From contig JBHGNT010000010.1 in assembly GCA_043228905.1 (NCBI GenBank), positions 13,764,001 to 13,828,000 on the forward strand: a stretch of 64,000 bases of DNA. The letters run 5' to 3'. Below, one piece after another: positions 39,682-50,808 of the stretch (positions are counted from its first letter, which is position 1; each line of letters starts with the position of its first letter). Both the position numbers and the translations under genes were made by a program. The DNA is from Azolla caroliniana. Lineage: Eukaryota > Plantae > Polypodiophyta. The notes under the pieces were generated by a model that was not told the DNA's origin, made no database searches, and saw only the letters and a list, made by a program, of their open reading frames with translations.

Positions 39682-41310
39682 TTTTCCACCAAAATCCGAA
39701 AGGAGCACCACTTTCCGCAAGCGAGCACTTCCCAACCACCTACATTCGATCTGCAAAACAAAGGCCACAATAGGTATGTATTTTCATGGTTATTTTTATT
39801 TTTTACATCGTTTAGGGTTTCTTTTCATTTACATTTGATCACATGGTTCCATATTCTAACATGGTGAAAGACTTAGTTGTTCCATTTTTCAAATGTATCA
39901 TATAAATGCATTGTTATAATTTCACCATCAATATGAAGAAATTTTGAATTAGAAACAACATTTTTGTATTTTCTTTCAACCCATTTTCATTGTTTACCAC
40001 CAAACGAAACTAAGCTCAAAGCAACACAAAATATGTTTGCTCAAACATTGATTATCTCTAGTACTTAGTTACAACACAAGGTACGATTATATTGAGCACT
40101 TATGTATTCATATTTACGTACTTTGGAATGCAATTGTTTCGAGCACACATGTGGATACACATCATAGGTTTGTTATTTTCCTATTGGATGAAGACAATGA
40201 TAGTATTATGTAGTAGAGATTAATTAAGCACTGTAAGCATAGATATAATCACCACAAGGACATGCCATTATAGCCAATGAATAACATGTATGAATGTGTG
40301 CCTACATATTCTAAATGTTTGAATTCTTCCACGTGATCCTTCGAAATATGGAAATCATGTTTGAATATGGAACCATTTGTTTCTCATATGCCATATTCTA
40401 AATGTTTGAATTTTTCCACTCTACATCGATATCTTATTAAGAGGACTAGGTTCTCAAATATGGTTCTAGACATACAATAAGCTTTGTACTTGTTGCTAGT
40501 TAGGAACACGGCCTACCCTCAGTCCTTCAGGGTAGGTATCAAAACACCGGGTCATTTGAAATAGGTAATATGTCGTATTCTCTTTTGCCATAGTTTGTGA
40601 GATGCAAAAAACTACCCTAATTTAGCATGATTTCGAAAATGTACAATGCATGCGTACCTATTTTGCGAATGGATGGTGAAATATAGAACCAAATAAAATC
40701 TAAGCATTTGGTGAATTGTATACGTCATGTTTTTGTGTCAATTTGTATATCCTAGAGTACAATTGAATACTAGGTTGAATATTAAACATCTTTATTTGGT
40801 ATCCATATTCAAATTGTAGAGTAAAACTACATAAACCCTAAATGTTAATATGTGGTTTAGGGTTGAGGAAAAAAGTAGTCCCCCACTTGTTAGATGGGTA
40901 TATCGATAGTTTGGTTGTATAATGTCATATAATCCATCACAATGTAATTGGTAAGAGTAACACTTATGTACCACGTTCATTTATACTATTTGAAACCAAC
41001 AGACTTGGAATGTAACAAACTGAAAACAATTTATTATCAAGAACATTCACAAGTTCATGTCTATAATCATGCTAGGAGAAATGAGAAAGTATAATATCAT
41101 GTTAATACCCCAAACTGGAGAAGAGCATCGTGACCAATCATATGTATATACAAATTACAGTTCAAAAAATGATTAAAAAGTGAAATTATGAACGGGTGAA
41201 TAAAATTAAATGGTAAATGATTACTTTTGTTCTCATATACAAAAACAATATCAAGTCAAGGTATACATTATGCCTCAAAAATCCTCAAAGTATACATTAT
41301 GCCATCTAAA

Positions 41311-44300
41311 TCAATCTATAAGCAAATCTGGCACACTAGGCTCTTCAGGCGCTGATTGTTCTAGACTATTCTCGTTTGTGTCATCTCCACGCTCTCCTGA
41401 ATCTGATGTATGTTCAAATTGTGTTACATCTTCTAGGTCCACAAGCTCCCCTACTTCTTCATCAATAGGTTCCGTTGGTTCTTGTGAAGTCATTTGGAAC
41501 ATCTCTGTCTCATTGATGTGCTTAGCTCCGACTTCTTGATCTTGATCTGGACAGTCCCAGATTCCTGTGATCCTCATTTTGATGAAGTTAACTTGTGCAG
41601 GGTCCTTCTCCAACGCAACACAGTTTCGAAACATCTTCAATGCACAAGTTGTTGTAGTAACTAATGGCCGCATGAACACGAACAAGTATATATGAGAATT
41701 AAAGTCTTAAACTTGATCAATAGAAATCAAAGTAAATATATTTTATATACCTGTGCCAGAGAACAAGTCTAGGACCCAATCATCTAGATTCAAGAAGAGC
41801 TCTAGGAGGCAGTTGATCAATCTTTGAGGTTTTTGATAAGGATTCACCATACTCTTATCACCTGAAACATGCCTTAATTTTTTTGTGACAGCGGGACGCA
41901 TGATATAATTTACCACGTTACGCTCGTTGACATGTGCTCTAGCCTTCTTCTTTGTTATTGAATCATAGTAACCCACATAAAAATGTTCGATCGCACTAAC
42001 CATTCGATCACCAAGGCTACGTGTAATATTTGTTTTAATCCTACAAAGAAATAAAATCATGTTTTAGAGGTATGAATGTCAACATATAATAACAAGTATC
42101 ATAATGATTAAAAACAAAGTGTGACACACCAATGCATGTGTTCAGTGGCATGACAACGTGACTTCAGAGCTGTTGTGACTGACAGTGATTGCCCCATGCT
42201 ATGGAATATGATTATCCTCCACAAGGGGGCCAATGTCAGTTCGGTGAAATCCTTTACCATCTTCTCGATTTGGGGGTACTTGAAAGGCGCATCATCATAA
42301 GTTGATAGCTGCCTTCTCGTTAATAGATCGAGCATTTGTGATACTTCCCCATTAAATACACTATAATGTAACTGTTTATAAGGATCGAACCTATGCAAAA
42401 AACTCTTCACAGTCTCCAAATCCTCAGGCAGTTCCATTTCTTTCCCTTTGGTCATTCTCTTCTCATACTTTGCACGTTCTAAGTGTGTGATAAAGGCAGC
42501 TGGAATACCATCATTATTGTCGTTGGTCTTTTTTTATTTCGATGGTTTCTGCAAGTGTCAATGTTGTTAGGAGAGAACATTAGCTTTCAATGTATTAACA
42601 TTCAAATGACACATACCCATTCTCTAAAAACAATAAAATATTCCTCCAATGCCTTGTAGGAAGAAGTTATCAGGCAGGCTTGCTCCACTTCTTCCCATGT
42701 CGGTAAACCCAATTTTTGCATCATCAACTCATGAATCTTCATGTATACCTTGTGACTATACAATAAATATGAAATTAAAAATTAAAAATCAATAATAATA
42801 GAAGAATATCCTGAAACATTGTATACTATAAACCCTTACTTTTGCAATTCAGTAACCATCTTGTCCAAACTAAATTCCTTGGCAACAACTCGAGATAGCA
42901 CCGATATTAATAGCCTATCATCTTTAATACCCTGTAATGACCTCCAAGGTAAAAGTTTCATGTCTTCTGCTAACTCCTCTATTACCAAGTCGTTTTTGCC
43001 CTTCGACTTCGATTTGATCTCAACTTGTGGATCAATCCTTCCCCTCTTTGACCTTTGCCCTTTGACCTTTTTCCACTCGTACATGTTAAATATTTTTTCC
43101 TGGAGATCCCACACCTCTTCGGTCCGAAAGGCTAGTTGAAACCAAGAATCATATTTTCTTAGCCCTTCTGATTTTGTGCTCTCATCCACTGCAATCCCCA
43201 CTTCCAGTGAACACTGGCGACGCAAACCAGGCCACAACCTTGGGCCAAAACGATATAATGCATCTAGGTACTCATGATGAAAAAATCTGATCCTTTCAAT
43301 GCATGACATCTTTTGCCTATAATCATTATCATTGTTATGGTCCCATGCTAGTAGCTTCACCTCCTCGTGAGTGAGTCCTGCATATACTTTACATTCGGCG
43401 TACTTAAAGAAGGGGTGAGAGGGTATTCTTTCACAAGCTGTGTACGAGCTTCAACCGAATGCGATCCTCCAATTACATAATATGTATAATCATCAGCAAA
43501 GCTATACTTGAAGTCTGCTATTGTTGGACATTGATATTGATCGACCATTACTAAAAATGGCACGACAGTAGCATGAGGATTAATTTTCATTTTGCTCTTC
43601 AAGTTTTGCACATGGACAGCGTGGGGCTCTCTAATTTCTAGGGGACGTCTTCCAGTCCAGGGATCAATTGGAGGCCTCTGGATTGAAGTAATTGGCAAAT
43701 GAAACAGCTGCCTCTTACACACAAGTTTTGTCTTAACAATATTTTCTCTTATTTTATTTTGTTCAGACGTCAATACACCGGAAGATAGTTCACCTCCCGG
43801 AGCCACGACGTCGACTTAGTGCTCTTCTTCTTCCTCCACGAATTCTAAAACCTCTTCATCATCTTCGTCGGGTTGTGGTCATTTGTTGTATTTCTTATGA
43901 ACCAGATTTGTCTTTCTAGAATTTTTTGGTGGAGTTTGTGCGTCACCGCCCATCATTTCTCCTGTCACATACGGCCGCAATGCAACTAATAAGGTGTTCA
44001 TCGTTTGAATGTCTTTACGTAATGACTTGGGGTTGCAACATTCTGCTACTAGGTTTCCCTCGTCAAGATGCAATCTTCTAGAGCCAACAGAGCTCGAGAC
44101 ATCGATTATAATACTCGAAGAATCACCACTATCTTCATATTCTAGCTTGGTTACATCTCCATAGTTAAATGTTTTTCCAAGCTCCAATTTGCCTTTACCA
44201 TCTGACTTAGCTGTTATTAAGAGCAGCACCCCATCTTCTTCGACATAAGAGAGACACCATTCTAACTTTGGGTAATTCTTATATTTAAGTTCAGATGTTT

Positions 44301-44495
44301 TCTCTTCCTAGGCCCCACCCTTGCTATTTTTGGTCGTTGCAACAGAAGACTTAGATGCTCCATCCCCCGTTGAGTCAAATAGAGTTCTTCTAGAGACATC
44401 TTTGACAAAAGAATCAGAATCTCGCTTTGTTGGAGTTTGAATCTTTAGTTTAAACAAAGGAACTTTTTGACGAGAGTCACTGAAATTAAGACATC
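41311..44495 (-). pseudogene. Spliced gene: ParB/Srx-like domain fused to a beta-class N4-cytosine/N6-adenine DNA methyltransferase (N6_N4_Mtase-like), with an acidic tail
   Basis: Exons 44495-42840, 42755-42617, 42548-42130, 42040-41751 and 41660-41311, joined by four phase-consistent GT-AG introns. Motifs YYVIGGSHSVEA...VYAGLTHEEVKLLAWDHN, WIKTN...SAIEHFYVGY, NPYQKPQRLI...DWVLDLFSGT|VTTTTCALKMFRNCVALEKD. Several stops and one frameshift near 43410. Confidence 0.8.
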
Positions 44496-44657
44496 CTATT
44501 TAGGTTAATTATGAACAAGACCATATTATTTGAACAAAAACGATGGAGAAAGAAGTAAAATAAAGAACAATTAAACGCAAAACACTAAAAATAGTATCAA
44601 AATGATGAGAAAACTGTGATGAGGGACATAAATTTTCTATCTGCGAAACCCTATTTT

Positions 44658-44922
44658 TTCAACCAAAATCCGATGTAGTGCATCGGATTTTGGTTGAATG
44701 TCCCTCCTTTCAACCACAATTTGATGCACTGCATTGGATTTTGGTTAAATGTCCCTCCTTGTGGAAGATAGCCCTCCTTTCAACCAAAATCTGATGCATG
44801 AATGTCCCTCCTTTCACCCGATGCACTGCATGGGATTGTGGTTGAATGTCCCTCCTTTCAACCAAAATTCGATGCACTACATCGGATTTTGGTTGAATGC
44901 CTTGATTCAACCACAATCCCAT
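44658..44922. repeat. Array of ~41-bp palindromes separated by TGTCCCTCCT, between the divergent genes
   Basis: TTCAACCAAAATCCGATG-TAGTG-CATCGGATTTTGGTTGAA at 44658-44698, plus 4-5 variant or partial copies. Confidence 0.85.
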
Positions 44923-45437
44923 CCATTGCTAAGGATTGTGACATGACTTCTCCTTAACCATCTAGTGAAGTTTAAGTGCATTTTAATTCGATGGTGTGTT
45001 TCCTTAACAAAATATTTGGGGATTATTGCTTATTGTGAAAAGGAATCTTTAAGGCATCTTTTAGCATCTTAAAAAATGTAAAGTATATTGCTAACCTAGC
45101 AATCTTCTTTCCCTTGTTCATGATGCCTGGCGGAGGTAGTGCTTCAGAGTGCTTGAAATTAGTTTGTGCTCTAAGCTCGATGGATTCTTTGTCGCGATAA
45201 TGAAAATGAAATTTGAAACTTCATATATATAAATGTTTTTTTTAAAATAAAAATTAATTTTTAATTAATGCTAAAAATTTCAATTCTTAAAAAGTGTTAT
45301 AGTGTAACCAATAACTCATGTCTAGTTCTAATAGTTATATAGTAAAGATTCAACGTTCCTTAATCTTTTCTATAGAGGAGTTCAGTATATAGCCCTTTGA
45401 TGGTAGTGCCATAGGGTTTGTCTTGATAGTTTTGAGA

Positions 45438-48400
45438 ATGTCTTCTTCTCCAAGTAGAACGTCTTTTTTTTCTATTGCCCCCTTTTCTTTGTCCAACAAC
45501 TCGTATTTCTCAATAGAAGAGTACGATTACAAGAGACATTCGAAAGGCTCGCGTCAAACACAGAAAAGTGAGGCTCCTAGTACCTGGAATTCTCTTTTTT
45601 CAATTGATCCTGTTGATGGCCCTCTTCATGTAAGCTTAGAAGCGGAGTCCGACACTTCTATAGATAACAGTAGTATTAGTAAACCACTTATATTTAAAAG
45701 AATCCCTCGACAAGTTAGTGAAAAGAGATTTAATTTTTTATGTTCTGATCATCAACTTCTTTGCGACTTCAACAAAACATGTTGTGCGAATCTTTTCCTT
45801 TCAACTTATGGAAAGTCGAGGTTACATGAAACACGACAAAAATATTTGTCGCTTAATGGTGAAGAGTAGGACACATTTCTTCTTTCGCATATGTAGCTTA
45901 AAATGGATCATAACGCAAGGTCTAATTCTACACAGGTTGAATATTTCCTTGGACTATATACTAAGTGTTGTCGAGCCGCTTTTAAAATCACTGATAGCAT
46001 TGGAAATATGCAACTGCAACGAGTTCAAGATCATCTTCTGAAGGGATCGTGGATACCATTGGATCGAAATGGTTCTGGATGTAAGGGTCAAATTGGGCAA
46101 CACGCAATTAGGTGGATGGAAGTATATTTTTCAAAACAGTGCGACATTATGCCTACGACAGGAAGACTACATTTGTCAGATAACTTTACTCAAAGGGAAG
46201 TTTACCAATCATACAAGGACGACATATCCATAGATGATGCACCTTACATAAAGTATAGACATTTTAATCGATTGTGGAGGTTACAATTTAACAATTTGGT
46301 TATCCCACGAAAGGTACGAATGGGAGTTTGCTCAATATGTGCAAGTTTAAAAAGTATGGCCAAGGGTGGAAAATCAGATGTAGAGATAAGGAATTACAAG
46401 AACCTATTGAAAGAACATCATGAAAGTCAAGCATTGGAACGTTCTAAGGCTATATTATTGATGGCATGGATCAAAAGAAGACTTGTTTGCCACATTTCCA
46501 ATGACTCCCAAAAGATATTGCAGATGAGTGCCTCATGCAAATGCATCTAGTAGGGTGTTTGACATATTGTCAAACAATAAGGCCACAAGAATTCTTAACT
46601 TATCCTAATATCCACAACGACCCTAATCTCACTGTCACCGTCATGCACAGAGTATTGCAATTATGGTTAGGCATAGTACCGCCAGTTCTATACGTGCAAC
46701 TAGACAACACAGCAAGAGAGAATAAAAACTCAACCGTCTTCGGTTATCTAAGCATGCTAGTAGAGAGGGGCATATTTAAAAAGATAAAGGTCAACTTCTT
46801 ATTAGTTGGTCATACCCATGATCACGTAGATCAAATGTTTAGTAGGTTCTCAAAGAAACTAGCTCGTTGTAATGCTTTCACGCTTACCACGCTATCAAAA
46901 TTTATAAGTGAAGCATATACACCAAAGCTTGAAGTGTACGACTTTAAACGTTTCTGCATGGATGGTGATGGGACTAAATGTAGGGTGCTTGCACCTCTTA
47001 ATAATATAAGTTTCAACCATGTCTTCCTCATAAAACAAACCTCAGGCCACCTCAAGATGACGGTGTTGTTTGCAATTATGGTTAGGCATAGTACCGCCAG
47101 TTCTATACGTGCAACTAGACAACACAGCAAGAGAGAATAAAAACTCAACCGTCTTCGGTTATCTAAGCATGCTAGTAGAGAGGGGCATATTTAAAAAGAT
47201 AAAGGTCAACTTCTTATTAGTTGGTCATACCCATGATCACGTAGATCAAATGTTTAGTAGGTTCTCAAAGAAACTAGCTCGTTGTAATGCTTTCACGCTT
47301 ACCACGCTATCAAAATTTATAAGTGAAGCATATACACCAAAGCTTGAAGTGTACAACTTTAAACGTTTCTGCATGGATGGTGATGGGACTAAATGTAGGG
47401 TGCTTGCACCTCTTAATAATATAAGTTTCAACCATGTCTTCCTCATAAAACAAACCTCGGGCCACCTCAAGATGACGGTGTTGTTTGCAAAACAATACTC
47501 ATCTAGTACACAATGGGAGCCCCAAGAAGGTTGTAGGCTCCTACTTCATATCCCAGATGCACCACTGCATGGTGCACATCAAATGCCATATGATGATCAT
47601 AAAAATGTGGGACCCAATAGTTCTATTGATAAACAAAGGGCATATTGGTCTTGAAGAGAAACAAAAGAATATTGATCGCACCAAGAAGTATGCCGGTGAT
47701 GAGGATGTTGAATGGTGGGAGATCTTCTTCACCCATCAACGCACCATTTTAGATAATTACATCGCCGGATTTTGGCCAATCCATAACCCATTCACATGGA
47801 ATATTGGGGTGCCATCAATGATATCGTTGACTAATCATCAACCATCTAATAATATAGAACTTCATAATTTAGTTCAACCACTGCAAAGAGATATTTATGT
47901 GGGACCAGGAAAGTCACGTATTGTTGAGGCAAGATGGCAAGGTAATTTGCAAGAACTACAAGTTGGAATGTTGATCGCAACATTAACTGGGGATGATAAC
48001 TTGGGCCATCCATTTTGGATTGCAAAAATTATTGAATTAGTGAAGGATGAAGAAGGCAATCATACAAAGTCAATTGTGGTTCATTGGTATCAGACATCTT
48101 CACCTGATGCATTTACAGGAAAGTATTCTTTAGAGATGGTTAAGGATGTCGGATATTCAAGCAGAAAGAGAAGAAGAAAGAATATACTGAGCACAACTAC
48201 TCTCGCACTAGACCGTGTTGACATACTAGTATACGACTTCTCATTGACAAAATCAGGCCATCTAAGACAAGCCACCATCAAGATAATAAAGGACAAAATC
48301 CCAAATATGGTATCAAACAATATACAGAGACTAACTAGAAGCAATTCTCATAAACCACAAAGATGTTGGCTTGGAATTGGACGAAGATAATGCATTGATT

Positions 48401-48459
48401 GCCACTGATGATGAGGATGAGACGTCAGAATGCTCTTCCAGTCCATCAGACATGTCTTA
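45438..48459 (+). pseudogene. DDD/E transposase, DUF7869-type (Sola1-like), with a C-terminal beta-barrel (BAH/Tudor-like) region; frameshifted
   Basis: CSICASLK...H zinc motif; IIDGMDQKKTCLPHF at ~46454; LYVQLDNTARENKN; FLLVGHTHDHVDQMFS; C-terminal VGMLIA...PFWIAKIIE...IVVHWY. Confidence 0.8.
46655..47490 (+). repeat. 415-bp tandem duplication of the transposase catalytic core
   Basis: TTGCAA microhomology at 46655, 47070 and 47485; the two copies are nearly identical. Confidence 0.92.
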
Positions 48460-48792
48460 AAATGTTGACTTGGTTCAAGCTTAGGATCGTTTTACTATAT
48501 GATCTGAAACTTTGTAAATTACTTTCAGATGTTAAATCACGAATATATATAATTATAGCTGGTAGTCATGTTGTACATTCTTTTGTAATTTTGGCGATGT
48601 ATATTGTTAGGCATTTTACTTATGTCTAAAAGTGGTAGTCATGTTGAAATTCAATATATTTTGCCACATTTTTTGAAAAGTTTTATGCATGCGTCACATC
48701 TTTTTGTAAACTTCGTGGTTTTGTGCCCTTTTTCGATGTAGTGTTCTTAAAATGCGACATATTACCTGTTTCAAGGTGATCGTGGTGCAAGG

Positions 48793-49233
48793 GTAGGATC
48801 TTGCATAACACGTGGAACGTATTGACTTATACCGTTAGAGCGTGTTTACTAAAGGCGTAAAACTGGAGACGGCTACAACCGAGCTCCTAATGTGCCTAAC
48901 TACGCACATGTACTCCTCTTACACGCTTACGCTTAAATAGTAGGATCTTGCATAACACGTGGAATGTATTGACTTATACCGTTAGAGCGTGTTTACTAAA
49001 GGCGTAAAACTGGAGACGGCTACAACCGAGCTCCTAATGTGCCTAACTACGCACATGTACTCCTCTTACACGCTTACGCTTAAATAGTAGGATCTTGCAT
49101 AACACGTGGAATGTATTGACTTATACCGTTAGAGCGTGTTTACTAAAGGCGTAAAACTGGAGACGGCTACAACCGAGCTCCTAATGTGCCTAACTACGCA
49201 CATGTACTCCTCTTACACGCTTACGCTTAAACA
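48793..49233 (+). repeat. 147-bp tandem triplication in the inverted LTR copy
   Basis: GTAGGATCTTGCATAACACG at 48793, 48940 and 49087; single copy in LTR 26474-26942. Confidence 0.92.
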
Positions 49234-50808
49234 GTCACACAGAGACAACAGAGAAGAGGACCAGAGATAAAAGATAGAGCCTAGAGAAGACAGAAACTAT
49301 ATTAAATGACTGTGCTCAGAAATGCGTTAACCCTTTACAATGTTCATATGCCCTTTATATACATAAGGCCTAGTTGGTTACTCTTCCCGCATGAACCGTT
49401 ACACACCTTACTTCAACGCTTCTATTTTAATTAATACGCTTCTTTATCATGCATTATTTACGTTTGTTCTCTTATGGACAACACCTAGCACGCTTGTGCC
49501 CTGGCATGTTGGACCCCTCCTCCCTTTACGCATCTACCAAAATATCGAGGATATTTGGCTTTGGGCGTCCGTCGTTACTTGTCGTGATTGGTGGCTCCGT
49601 AATGTGGTTGGGCTCGTCACTTTGTGGCTCAACCAGCGCTTCCGCCTGTAGTCTCCCCGTGGGTGGCTCCGACCGTATTTCTTCTTGTATTGCTTGCTTT
49701 GCAGTGACTGTCGTGGTTGGGACTCCTACTATATGTGGATGACATGCTGATCGTCGGATGGGACCGAACCAAAATCGGGAATCTGGAGAAGGTCTTGAAC
49801 TGGATCTTCTCAATGAAAGATTTAGGTTCGGTGAGACAAATATTGGGGATGCGTATAGTCCAGGACCGGACGAAGAGGCTATTGTGGCTCTCACAGAAGA
49901 AGTACGTGATGAAGGTGCTCCAACGATTCAGCATGACAGATGCAAAGCCGGTCGGATCGACACGTCCAACAAATTGCAAGTTGTCCAGAAAACAAAGTCT
50001 GAAGACAAAGACGGAAAAGTTGGAGATGATGAAGGTGCCATATGCCTCCGCCGTCAGAAGCCTGATGTACGCAATGGTGTGTACGCAGCTTGATATCGGA
50101 TATGCAGTTGGAGTGGTCAACCGGTTCATGAGAAATCCTGGAAGAGAGCACTGGACAATGGTCAAGTGGATACTCTTATATTTGAAAGGCACCACGAGTA
50201 TGTGCCTCTGATTCGGCTTAGGAAAACCCCAACTTGAAGGATTCACAGATTCGGATATGTCTGTTGATGCCAGTTGGTCTACATCCGGATATGTCATGAG
50301 TTATGCGGGGGGAGCCGTATTGTGGCAATCGAGGCTGATGAAGTCCGTTGCACTATTGACAACTGAAGCGGAGTACATGGCGGTTGTAGAAGCCGAGAAA
50401 GAGGTAATTTGGATGAAGGACTTTATCAGAGAGCTAGGGATCCAACAGGAGGAGTTCCAGCTCCACTGCAAGAGTCAAAGTGCCATCCAGCTCGTGAAGA
50501 ACGTGGCCTACCACTCTCGGACCAAGCACATCCAGAGGAGATATCATTGGCTCCTGGAGAAGGTAGAAGACAATGTGTTCTTGTTGACAAAAATCCATAC
50601 GGAGGAGAACGGGTCGGACATGCTAACCAAAGTGTTGTCAGCTGACAAGCTAGACGTGTGCAGGAGATGGATCGGATTGACAAGACATCCCATGCCAGAG
50701 TGAAGGGGGAGCTTGTTGGGAATTCAGTCCCTCTGGATGGGATTTGGATGCGAATTGATGGAGCCAGATCGGAGGAGTCGAAGGAAGGAACCGGACCAGA
50801 AGGAATCA

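Larger units (their letters stand above)
40543..48774. mobile_element. ~8.2-kb TIR DNA transposon (DUF7869/Sola1-like, tentative) carrying a ParB-like/amino-methyltransferase gene
   Basis: Splits the LTR sequence GGTAGGTATCAA|GGTGATCGTGG, which is intact in the left arm (~26880-26900). Inverted repeats 40556-40579 and 48751-48774 match at 22/24. Confidence 0.88.
37869..49483. repeat. Right arm of the inverted duplication, interrupted by the DNA transposon; includes the inverted gypsy C LTR (40491-40542 plus 48775-49483)
   Basis: Reverse complement of 26474-30205, minus solo LTR D2. Confidence 0.9.
31005..50808 (+). mobile_element. Tnt1/Tork-like copia E, heavily disrupted (5' LTR 31005-31544, gag-INT 31570-34057, RT 36925-37840, RT/RH 49722-50703, truncated 3' LTR 50714-50808)
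   Basis: Met PBS TGGTATTAGAG at 31548; WVVDSGA protease; FIDD; LDVKTTFLH; LYVDDML; YHSRTKHI. PPT GAAGGGGGAG then TGTTGGGAATTCAGTCCCTCTGGATG, matching the 5' LTR start. Confidence 0.85.

Noticed and set aside
41311-44495. Bacterial contamination or prophage restriction-modification locus
   Set aside because: The gene has spliceosomal GT-AG introns and lies within a TIR element inserted in a plant-type LTR; no nuclease partner was seen.
44658-44922. CRISPR-like array
   Set aside because: Linkers are short and constant rather than unique spacers; no cas genes; eukaryotic context.
26474-49483. Giant TIR element (Polinton/foldback) bounded by multi-kb inverted repeats
   Set aside because: The arms are made of pre-existing retroelement pieces, there is no TSD, and the junction structure fits a template switch.
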